From positions 64,001 to 128,000 of the forward strand of contig CAVOHZ010000006.1 of NCBI GenBank assembly GCA_963695855.1: 64,000 bases of DNA. Direction: 5' to 3'. This document shows, in pieces, positions 54,623-64,000 of this stretch (position 1 is the first letter of the stretch; each line of letters begins with the position of its first letter). The notes below the pieces were generated by a model. That model ran no database searches, was not told the origin of the DNA, and saw only the letters and a list, made by a program, of their open reading frames with translations. This DNA is from an uncultured Nitrososphaerales archaeon (lineage in GTDB: Archaea; Thermoproteota; Nitrososphaeria; Nitrososphaerales; Nitrososphaeraceae). The translations under genes were made by a program, and so were the position numbers.

Positions 54623-55513
54623 AACTTAGTAATCAAAAGAGAAATAGATAAGAATTTTGTTCATTAAACTGAATAACGAAAACGAAAAATAAAGTGAGAA
54701 GTGATATAGCTCACTTTTAGTACTAAAAACACGCCATTTTCAAACAAATCAAAAATTAATTTTTTAGAATATATAAAAACTTTGATTAAATCATTTTATA
54801 ATTTTAATATGTGATGTAGGTCAGACTTAAAAGTTTTATTTTGGTTATGAATCTGGACTGTGTGACCATCCAAAGGAGAGCTGCAGTAAAATATTGTTCG
54901 TTAATATTTTTGAATGCAATAAATATTTCTCGAATAAATCATCTTCAGTTCTAATATGTTTAATTCTGAAAAATATTGATCTTTTAATGATTATTCTAAT
55001 AAGTAATATTTTAGATATATTTTAAATGTATTTGTATAATTTTTCAGTATCGGTATGTTACTAAATCGATATAAGGATTTGAAATGCTGAATCTGCCCTT
55101 TCTGGTATTCTGCCATTACCCAATTTTCATTAGGTTATAATACGACCAATAACTAGAATCACATCGATCAAATTTTCTTTTAAATTGAAATAATCTATTT
55201 TTTTTCAAATATTGTCTTTGATACAAGGCATTTCATTTATTTTTTCTGAAGGTTTGCTATTTAGTAATCATTATGATATCTTTACAAAAATCTTTTACTA
55301 TGATAATTTATTTAAACCCCCAATTAGGCTTGGCTTTTTGCCAGCAAGGACTGCTTTCAATCCTTATATTTTTAGTAGGTTGTGTTAATTTTTATAAAAT
55401 TTTAAAATCATATCCTTCAATGTTACCATTATGTGTAATATAATATATGACTTTCAGGAAAAAAATTATCTAGTCCTCTTATTTCCAATTCAGTTCGAAT
55501 TATATTAGATTTT

Positions 55514-56503
55514 CTATTCTTTTCCATCCTCATGATATTCTCCACCTGGTCTGAAAACTTCTTCGTGTCTGGTTACTATCTTATTGGGCTTATCAAAATC
55601 CTTTATGAATTTCTTCTCACATTCAGTCATTTGTGGTGGTCCTAACTCTTCTGCTGAGGCACAACCAAAAAACATATCACCTTTTTCTATAGTACCCAAT
55701 TCGGTATTTCTATCGAACGTAAATGGAACTCTTATTATATAACTTTCATCAGATGTATCCCCTGTTTTTTTCACCTCATCTTCAATATTTACTGTTTTCA
55801 TTTGATATTCTCCTTTGACCATTGCTATTACATTAAGCAGATCAACATCCTTTTGATCATAAATTGGGGTTATAACCGTGATTTTTACGTCACCAGATTG
55901 TTGGTTAGCTTTTGCAGGTAATTTGTTTAATTCAAGACTTTTTTGAAATTTCAACATTGTACCAAATAGGCGTGCTGTGCTGGCATCGGTACCCTCTATA
56001 GTTTGACCTTCATCACAATCATACGTTTTTATGGCGCTATAATTATTTGCTAATTTTGTTTGCCCATCATTTAGTACATAGCCACAGACAAAAAACTCAT
56101 CCGCGCCAATTGAAGAGATTTCATTAGTTTTATTGAATTCTAAATTTGAAGTCAAAACTTTATTTGTTATTGCACCCTTCTCTGTTTGTGGATTAAGATA
56201 TTGAATTTTTGCTTCCCCATTGACATATGCTACAATCTTTATCTTGTCTGTCTCTTTTAGTTGTATATTGTTTGTATTCATTTTAATGTGCAAATTGAAC
56301 AAATCTTTATTATCATCTTTATTATCATCTTTATTATCATCTTTATTATCATCTTTATTATAATCTTTATTATCATCATTGCTCTTTCCACTCACAGCAA
56401 ATACTGAAATTTGGTAATTGAAAGATAATAATAACAGGATAATAGAAAAAATAGAGAAAATCTGTGAATATGCAAAACAAGATCTATTTATAGTAACTTT
56501 CAT
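55514..56503 (-). CDS. Secreted protein with DNKD repeats and two internally related Cys-containing domains
   Basis: Signal peptide; 12-bp tandem repeats near 56305-56380; FFVCGY..CDEG / FFGCAS..CEK. Confidence 0.75.
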   Translation of the reverse strand: MKVTINRSCFAYSQIFSIFSIILLLLSFNYQISVFAVSGKSNDDNKDYNKDDNKDDNKDDNKDDNKDLFNLHIKMNTNNIQLKETDKIKIVAYVNGEAKIQYLNPQTEKGAITNKVLTSNLEFNKTNEISSIGADEFFVCGYVLNDGQTKLANNYSAIKTYDCDEGQTIEGTDASTARLFGTMLKFQKSLELNKLPAKANQQSGDVKITVITPIYDQKDVDLLNVIAMVKGEYQMKTVNIEDEVKKTGDTSDESYIIRVPFTFDRNTELGTIEKGDMFFGCASAEELGPPQMTECEKKFIKDFDKPNKIVTRHEEVFRPGGEYHEDGKE

Positions 56504-57107
56504 CTCAAAGACTATGTTTTTTATGATATTTATGGAATACTAGCTTTTATACTTGTAGATTTTACGATTTTAATTTTATATCTAATTTTTTACATCACTT
56601 AAATGTTTTAATTTATGGTAAAGACTAGAAATCTATGTAAAAAATGGATATTTTTTTTATTTTATAATATAATAAACTCCTAGCAGCGAATGAAATATTC
56701 GTGTTACGTTAGCTTACATTACATAACACATTATGATTTGATTTATTAGAACCTATTCTTCACAAAATTATTTTTCTTTTAAAATACCATATGAATTATG
56801 AAAAAGCATTGTACCTATAAAAACCAATTTTTTTTGTTAAGCAGGTTATAAAAGTTTAACGAGAGATATTGTTTCCAAAAAACATAGGTAAACAATAGCT
56901 TTTTATCCTGAAAAAACAATATAATTGAAAATTATTCAAGAATTTTTCATTTTTTTATCCAAACCATGTCTGTCAAACACATACGCGTATGTTATGAAAA
57001 TCATGATTACTTTGATTCATAATTTTTTAATATACCTAAGATATTATAAGTTAAAAAAGATATTGAAAATAAATAAATAAATAAATAAAAATATCTAGAT
57101 TTATTGC

Positions 57108-58724
57108 TTGGATTTTAGAAATGCATTTGATTCATCTCAAAAAGTATACCAATTCCTGACTTTATTGTCTATTATATTAGTGTCATCTTTCCTTCATTTA
57201 TGGAACTTGGATGGATTTCCAAGCATCTACAGGGATGAAGATCACTATTTAAGAAAAGCGATGTATATATTGGATGGTAAAGGGCTTCAAGAAGGTTCAG
57301 ATGATCTGATAAGCATTCCTTCTCACAAATACGATCATCCATATTTTGGACAGATCTTTATTTCCTCATTTTTATGGCTTGTAGGATTTCCGCATTCATT
57401 GAACCTGTCTGCAGATATAAATTCTATTTCATTGATATACCATATTCCAAGAATTTTAATGGGATTACTTGCAGTTTTGGATACATTTCTCATATACAAA
57501 ATCGGTCAAGTAAGATATAATAGAAATGTAGGTTTTTTATCTGCAGCTATTTTTGCAGTAGTTCCCATGACATGGCTTCTAAGGCGAATATGGCTAGAAC
57601 CAATTCAATTGCCATTCATCTTGGGTTCAATATTGTTTGCAATATATTTTAATAAACAATTTACTGAAGCTAGACTTAGCAAATATTTCTTTCACAAAAA
57701 ATTAATGTTTTTAATTTTTTCTGGCATATTTCTGGGAGTTTCAATTTTTACAAAACTCCCAGCATTTACATTCATTCCATTAGTGGCTTTTTTAATTTTT
57801 TCGATGGACAAACAGAATTTAAAATACGTAGGACTTTGGTCTATACCTGTAATACTAATACCTTTAATATGGCCTGCTAATGCGTTATATTTAGGAGAAT
57901 TGGATGACTGGTTTAATGGTTTATTCTGGCAATCGGAAAGATCAAATGCGGGTATATTCGGAACAGTTCAAAAATTATTTATAATTGACCCAATTTTTAT
58001 TACTATTGGTCTTATAAGTGTAGGTTATACAGTTATAAAAAAGGATTTCTTTATTCTATTAGGTATAATACCTTTCATTATGTTCAGTTATTTAATCGGT
58101 TATGTATCTTATTGGCATCTGATTCCTGTAATTCCTATATTATCTATATCTATATCTTTGATGATCTTAGATCTAACCAAAATATTCTTTCAAACAAGAC
58201 AGCGTAGAGTAGTTCAGCTTATTTTTATACTCGCAATAATTATTCCTAGTTTCATAATCAGCACAAATTTGATAATTAGCTACACAGATAATTTTCATTT
58301 CAGGGTAATCAGTGCTTTATCTAAAGAGGTTAGGAATTTCGATCAAGCTAATATAAATAATTCCTTAGAGCTTGATACAGATGATCAAAATATTAAAAGC
58401 AAATTAACAATTATTGGGAGTAACTATTGGTTGTGGATTCCCAAATACATATTTGATGAAGGAGAGAATTTTTACAAGAACTATTTTATTGCTGAAGATA
58501 TGAAAACAGATAATATCCTACTCGTAGCTGGTGAAAATTTTATTAAAACAATGACTAGAGAAAACAGTACAAAGGTTAACATCATGAAACTAAGAGAAAT
58601 TTATTCCAAATCTGATATAATTTTCGAACTAGAACAAAATATAACCAAACCTATGGAATCACATGGTATTATTGATCTCGATCCCAAGGGGTCTAAAAAA
58701 ATAGAGATACGTAAGAATTACTAG
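57108..58724 (+). CDS. ArnT/PMT (GT39-like) membrane glycosyltransferase
   Basis: DEDHY, YDHPYFGQ, PRILMGLLAVLDT, many TM helices. Confidence 0.85.
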   Translation: MDFRNAFDSSQKVYQFLTLLSIILVSSFLHLWNLDGFPSIYRDEDHYLRKAMYILDGKGLQEGSDDLISIPSHKYDHPYFGQIFISSFLWLVGFPHSLNLSADINSISLIYHIPRILMGLLAVLDTFLIYKIGQVRYNRNVGFLSAAIFAVVPMTWLLRRIWLEPIQLPFILGSILFAIYFNKQFTEARLSKYFFHKKLMFLIFSGIFLGVSIFTKLPAFTFIPLVAFLIFSMDKQNLKYVGLWSIPVILIPLIWPANALYLGELDDWFNGLFWQSERSNAGIFGTVQKLFIIDPIFITIGLISVGYTVIKKDFFILLGIIPFIMFSYLIGYVSYWHLIPVIPILSISISLMILDLTKIFFQTRQRRVVQLIFILAIIIPSFIISTNLIISYTDNFHFRVISALSKEVRNFDQANINNSLELDTDDQNIKSKLTIIGSNYWLWIPKYIFDEGENFYKNYFIAEDMKTDNILLVAGENFIKTMTRENSTKVNIMKLREIYSKSDIIFELEQNITKPMESHGIIDLDPKGSKKIEIRKNY

Positions 58725-59001
58725 AAAATGATCTGAATCTTATTCGGATAAAATTTATAAATTGCTTAATTGTCTTTCTTTCTGCTTTTAGTAAAGTAGT
58801 AATGATTGAAAAAATATTTTGATTAAATTAAAATTCTGACCGTAAAAATACCCGTGTTTTGAAATGAACTAAAATTTTTATTGCATATTAATTTTTCTAA
58901 TTTGATGGTCTAGTGTGCCTCTTGGTGTATATTGAGAAATTAAAAAAATAAAAATTATAATAAAATTTTATTTTGAAACTATATTTTTATTTTATATTTA
59001 T

Positions 59002-59484
59002 TTACATTTTGTATCCGATCCTTCTAAGAAATTGTTTTCTTTCATCTTCGTCTTTTTCTGTTTCAATTCCCTTGGACTTAAAGCCGTCAACTATTCCAAT
59101 TATGGATCTCCCCTGGTCTGTTTCATAAAGTATTACTTCAATAGGGTTTGCTGTTGCACAGTAAACATTTACAATTTCAGGAACTTCTTTCAACCTAGGC
59201 AATACATTAATTGGATAAGCATTCTCAATGAGGACTAGAAGACTATGACCAGCAGCAATATCATAAGCATACTGAGAAGATAACCTTCTCAAATCTAAAT
59301 CATTACCAGTATGTCTAACCAAGCATGGACCGCTCGCCTCACAAAATGCAAGTCCAAATTTTATGTTTGGAACACAATTTATCAAACATTCGAAAACATC
59401 TTCAACTGTTTTTATGAAATGACTTTGTGCTAGAATAATCTGAACACCTTCTGGAGGACTGATCTTTATAATTCTATAATTCAT
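59002..59484 (-). CDS. DUF355 adenosine-specific kinase family protein
   Basis: QSHFIKTVED, FGLAFCEASG, AAGH, YCATANP, GRSIIGIVDG. Confidence 0.88.
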   Translation of the reverse strand: MNYRIIKISPPEGVQIILAQSHFIKTVEDVFECLINCVPNIKFGLAFCEASGPCLVRHTGNDLDLRRLSSQYAYDIAAGHSLLVLIENAYPINVLPRLKEVPEIVNVYCATANPIEVILYETDQGRSIIGIVDGFKSKGIETEKDEDERKQFLRRIGYKM

Positions 59485-60457
59485 ACATAAATTAATATTT
59501 TTATGATATTTAAATATGGGTCGTATCTTTACATTATTAAAAGTTCTTAATTAAAGGAATATAAAATGCTCAGAATATAACTGAATTAATTACTCATCAA
59601 TCAGATATTTTCAAACAATTAGATTGTTACCCCTTTTAAAAATAATTTTGAATTTGATAAACAGAGACTTAAATATATCAAAAGATTTCTATTTTAAATT
59701 CTTTTATTAGCTTATTGTATTTAAAAACATATTTTTACTTTTTGATCAGCATATTCTTTACAAATATTTTTTAAATAAGTTGCTTCAATTTTAACTTTTT
59801 TTTATCAAACAGGGATCTACTCACAAATATGAAATTTTCATCTGTTAATTTTTTATTTGTTAACCTTATTTTATGTTTTATCAATCTGATATTTAAATTA
59901 AGAAAAAATGAAGAAAGTCTTTGAATATTTAATTTTTTCACGATTTAAGATAATTATAACTGATCGAAGCTTGAACTACTTAACATTTGAAAATTGAAAA
60001 GATATAAAACAGGTTATCCTTGAGACTAATTCTCTACATTAATTCTTTTTACAAGCCAGGAAATTGATTTTAGACTTTCTCCGATTTGATGCTTGACAGT
60101 TTTTCAAGATAACGCTTGGATAAAGTGTGTCTCGTTAACGTAAATACTTTCGTATATTTATTAAATTCTTTTTTAATTTTTACTTACCTTGTTCGAATAA
60201 TTGTTCCATTTTTAAGAAATTATAGTATTAAATCATTATTAAGAGTGTTATTATTTCGTTAAAGGATTATTAGTAATATCAAATATTTGGAATACGAAAT
60301 ATTTTCTAGTTAGTATCATATCTAGTTAATGTAAATTATAAATGACTGTGAAAACATGTCAATTTATTTTCAGGTGCAATTTCTACTGTCATTATCAAAA
60401 CAAATAGTTGTATATTAAGAAAAGTAGAATAACTTGTACTCATATAATACTAATAAA

Positions 60458-60727
60458 TTGTCAAATTCTAAACATTTTACCAAAGAGAAAGATAGGAAAG
60501 TGGGCGAGACACTAGGTGTTGACCGGAATAAATTCGACATAGAACAATTTAGAATGGGTTTGGATGAGGAATTATAACATCGAATAAGCAAGGAACATAC
60601 AGATGTTACTTATGACGACGAGATTATTACTGGCAAAATTGCACTTGCACATTTGAATGAATTTCCGGATTATTATTCACGATTAAAAAAGATGGAAGAT
60701 GAAGCAAGGGAATTTTACAACAAATAA
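60458..60727 (+). pseudogene. DUF5661-like protein with in-frame TAA
   Basis: FDIEQFRMGLDEEL*H...DVTYDD..ITGKIALAHLNEFPDYYSRLKKME. Confidence 0.75.
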
Positions 60728-60983
60728 TTTTGTCCAGAGTTGGAAATGGATATCGGAGAGTTTTATAATATTAGTAATTATCATTTGATTTTAATAATCG
60801 ATTACTGAATATTTTTTCCGAATATACAAGTTTTAACAACATGAGTGTATATTATCAGATTTTTAATCAATCATAAAAAGTAATATATCTTGCCAAAAAT
60901 TATTGCAAGAACTGGATGTTTATTATCATTTTTCTAAATCTCTAAAATAATCTTTAATCTTTATTTTAAAAAAAAGGGATTAT

Positions 60984-61931
60984 TTATTCCAAACGAAGTT
61001 TTTTACTAATTTGCTTAACAACTGCCCTGATTGTAACTTCTGAAACTCCTGCCGCATCCGATATTTGTTTTTGCGTAATTCCTTTCTTCATATTGTTTTT
61101 GTTACTGTATGGAAGAGATATATAAATAATGGCGCCCGCTATTCCCATTGGGTCTCTTCCAGCACTAAAACCAGTGATTTCGAACCTCTTCATTAACTGA
61201 AGTGCCATTCTTATGCTCCTTTCCTCCAAATCTGCATTTCTTCCGACTTTTTCTATAAGTTGGTATATGTTTTGCTGAGGAATCTTCTGGTCCAGATGTA
61301 ATACAATCTGCCTGTATACTCTAGAGGTTTCGTTGTATTTACCATTATTTGCATTAATGACCTCCATAAGGGTTCTAGGTATACCAAATTCTCTGCATGC
61401 TACGTACAACGATGCTCCTAATACAGTATTTATTTTCCTTCCCTTTACTAGTCCATCTTCTTGGACTCTTCTGTATATATAAGCAGCTTTTTCAATTACT
61501 GCAGATGGTAGGTTAAGTTTATCTTTTAAAGCGTCTAATTGTCTGAATGCTATACTCAAGTTTCTAGAAGATTTATGTATTTGAGACCTTCTATCCCAAT
61601 TTCGAAGTCTATTAAACCTTACTTGCATTCTGGAATCAATTATGTTGCCAGTTGAATCTCTTTGAGTGCGGGCGATAGTAGTAGAAAGTCCTTTATCGTG
61701 ACGCGCTAAAGATGAAGGATATCCGTTCGATGTATTTAGATGTTCATCATCTGCCTTATTCCAGATTTTTTTTGTATATTCTATACTTCTTTCGACTACT
61801 ATTCCACATTTAGAACATATCACCTCTCCTGCTTCATCATCTGTGATCATTTTAGCTTCGTTCGGATCACATGTTTGACATTGAATTATTGATTGCATAT
61901 TTTGATTTATATTTATTATAATTATAGGCAA
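60984..61931 (-). CDS. tfb: Transcription initiation factor IIB paralogue
   Basis: Zn ribbon CQTC...GEVICSKCG, HDKGLST, two cyclin repeats, GRDPMG..TQKQIS..GVSEVTIR; start may be ATG near 61899. Confidence 0.92.
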   Translation of the reverse strand: MPIIIININQNMQSIIQCQTCDPNEAKMITDDEAGEVICSKCGIVVERSIEYTKKIWNKADDEHLNTSNGYPSSLARHDKGLSTTIARTQRDSTGNIIDSRMQVRFNRLRNWDRRSQIHKSSRNLSIAFRQLDALKDKLNLPSAVIEKAAYIYRRVQEDGLVKGRKINTVLGASLYVACREFGIPRTLMEVINANNGKYNETSRVYRQIVLHLDQKIPQQNIYQLIEKVGRNADLEERSIRMALQLMKRFEITGFSAGRDPMGIAGAIIYISLPYSNKNNMKKGITQKQISDAAGVSEVTIRAVVKQISKKLRLE

Positions 61932-62400
61932 ACAAATATATAAATATTATACTATTATATATAAAATTTTTAACGGTTATAACATCCAAAATAAATAATA
62001 GAATTCTATGATCCACCAATTAATCCCGATATTAATATCTAGTACGTTGTCTTTAAACTCGAAGTAATTAACAACCTTGTTGAAAAAGGTTTTCATACCG
62101 AATGATTTAAGTTCAAATAAAAAAATATAAACTTCTTTTATTAATTCCACTATATCAAAAAATTATATTCATGTTTTAGAAATCTAAAATGGTGCACATT
62201 GAAATTTTGTTTATAGAATTTCAGATATTATATGATACGTAACGAAAGACTTTATTTTGTTAATTTTTATGTGCACTATATTTCCAGTTATAATAATCAA
62301 TTGTAATCAAATCTAAAAGTATAATAAAACTGTTATTCAAAAGCAATATAACATATAATAATGGCATTGAATGACTACTTAATACAAAGGTAAGCAATTA

Positions 62401-63285
62401 ATGATTGGTAATAATGAATTTATTACTGATTTCAGATCATTATTAGATAAGAAAAGATTTGAAGAACAGATAATTGATGGACAATCTGGATTTTATGATA
62501 AGATAGAAGAAGTTTTTATTCCTGAAAGTGCGTTTGCTAATCTTTTTAATAACATAGGACCTAAATATCAACCATCCAACATAGAAATTCAAAACATGAT
62601 CGAGAGTAGTCGCAAAAGAGTGTCAAACACAATAAAGGATATCCATCAGAATACAAAGGATTCTTACGCTCAAATATTATTGTCCTATTTATCTCATAAA
62701 TTCCTTCTTGAAAACAAGAAACAACCCAGAGATATGATAATTCTCTATATAGATCTGGTTGGTTCTACAGCACTAACAGCTATACTGAATGCTGAAGAAT
62801 TATCCATGATCGTTAGAATATTTTGTCAAGAAATTTCAATTTGTATATCAAGATATTTCGGTTATGTGTTAAAATATGCCGGTGATGCAGTAATTGGTTA
62901 TTTTCCTGAGGGATCGAAACTATCGAAAGGAGATCTACATGAACATGCAATAAAATGTGGGTTTTATATGCAGAAGTTGTTAGATGAATCTATTAATGAA
63001 ATTCTATATCAGAATAAATATCCTAAGTTAAGAAGTCGAATAGCAATTGATGTTGGGAAAAATCAGATAGTAGTGCTTGGATCAGAACCAGATCTGTTAG
63101 GTCATGTGATAAGCAGAGCAGCCAAAATCATGGGTAAGGTCCCACCTAACAATATCATAATAGGAGAAAATGTTTTTAGAAATCTCAATGATAATACTAA
63201 AGAAAAATTTCCTCTACAGGATAAATTTATGCTATTTGAAACAGGAGAAATTTATTCAACACATATGACAAATAAAAAGAAATAA
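62401..63285 (+). CDS. Class III adenylate/guanylate cyclase
   Basis: YIDLVGST, LKYAGDA, RIAIDVG, DLLGHVISRAAK. Confidence 0.88.
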   Translation: MIGNNEFITDFRSLLDKKRFEEQIIDGQSGFYDKIEEVFIPESAFANLFNNIGPKYQPSNIEIQNMIESSRKRVSNTIKDIHQNTKDSYAQILLSYLSHKFLLENKKQPRDMIILYIDLVGSTALTAILNAEELSMIVRIFCQEISICISRYFGYVLKYAGDAVIGYFPEGSKLSKGDLHEHAIKCGFYMQKLLDESINEILYQNKYPKLRSRIAIDVGKNQIVVLGSEPDLLGHVISRAAKIMGKVPPNNIIIGENVFRNLNDNTKEKFPLQDKFMLFETGEIYSTHMTNKKK

Positions 63286-63335
63286 TTAATTTCAGAATTG
63301 AAAGTTTTATTACTTTAAGAAATAATTTTATTGAT

Positions 63336-64000
63336 ATGGAAAGAATAGAACCAGATTCTGGACTGGAGGATATTCACAAGTTTATTACAAATGAAAATAA
63401 ATCATTATTAATTAGAGGGAAATCTGGTACCGGTAAGGCCACTCTGGCTCTAGAAATAGCAAAAACTCACTCAAACAGATTCGAAGTAATATATATTTCT
63501 AGAAATATTTCCGTAAATAATATTTACAATAGATTTCCATGGACCAAAAACCTATTAAAATCATACAATATAGTGTCTATCAATACCAACCCTGATTTTA
63601 TGTTATCTGAAGCGTCAGTCATATTAAATAGTATAATGAATACACTATCAAACAGAATCCAAAAAATTGAAAATCCGTTTGTACCTTTACAGGAAAAGCC
63701 TAGGCCATTTATAATATTGGAGATATGGGATAACTTAGCAAAAGAACTAGACAACAAAGATATCATAAGAACACAAAAAATATTATCTTCCCTAATAGAT
63801 AAAAATGGAGGTTTTATCATTTTTTTGACTGAAGATATGTACAATACAGATCTTGATAATTTAGTCGATGGAATCATTACTCTTGATCAATCTTTTTATA
63901 AATCGTACCGTCTTAGAGAAATGCAAATATACAAACTTAAAGGAACTGGGATAAATAGATCTAAAATAGGATTTACGTTAACAGACGGGCGGTTTAGAAC
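63336..64000 (+). CDS. GvpD/RAD55/KaiC-like P-loop ATPase, runs off window
   Basis: MERIEP...SLLIRGKSGTGKATLALE...ILEIWD...LVDGIITL...REMQIYKLKG. Confidence 0.8.
   Translation, partial: MERIEPDSGLEDIHKFITNENKSLLIRGKSGTGKATLALEIAKTHSNRFEVIYISRNISVNNIYNRFPWTKNLLKSYNIVSINTNPDFMLSEASVILNSIMNTLSNRIQKIENPFVPLQEKPRPFIILEIWDNLAKELDNKDIIRTQKILSSLIDKNGGFIIFLTEDMYNTDLDNLVDGIITLDQSFYKSYRLREMQIYKLKGTGINRSKIGFTLTDGRFR

Noticed and set aside
56305-56380. 12-bp tandem repeat as a possible array
   Set aside because: Coding DNKD repeat inside a secreted protein.
29949-60727. Possible stop-codon recoding, since several genes carry single in-frame stops
   Set aside because: The interrupting codons include TAG, TGA and TAA and co-occur with frameshifts. 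All three codons also end intact genes normally, so pseudogenisation is the simpler explanation.
1653-63877. Many ORF-track entries antisense to or overlapping real genes (e.g. 1653, 3228, 4332, 5074, 12744, 16231, 21866, 22644, 31146, 42927, 46515, 59032, 63524)
   Set aside because: Shadow frames of better-supported genes, with no motifs.

Overview
AT-rich archaeal DNA, most likely from a soil ammonia-oxidising archaeon (Nitrososphaeraceae, Nitrosocosmicus-like). This is judged from TFB, Alba, a single-domain parvulin, class III phaE/phaC, tRNA-Arg(GCG) and typical thaumarchaeal paralogue families; all assignments are by eye, without database searches. Bases 1-25.8 kb and 50.4-64 kb are mostly chromosomal: a Hrq1/MrfA-type helicase, a DEAD-box helicase, a radical SAM protein, TPR and NHL proteins, a PHA synthase locus, tmk, a GT39-like glycosyltransferase, TFB, a class III cyclase and a GvpD/RAD55-like ATPase. 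Bases 25860-50412 are a ~24.5 kb decaying island integrated at the 3' end of tRNA-Arg(GCG), bounded by a 22-bp direct repeat, with a probable integrase stub beside the tRNA. The island holds IS6, IS630, IS481 and IS5 elements or remnants, many pseudogenes and several unannotated Cys/His micro-proteins. Its most striking feature is a CRISPR mini-array (4 x 30-bp repeats, 3 x 36-bp spacers) with no cas gene in the window. The array lies directly downstream of a small Zn-finger gene that belongs to a ~460-bp module present twice, inverted, near the island ends.
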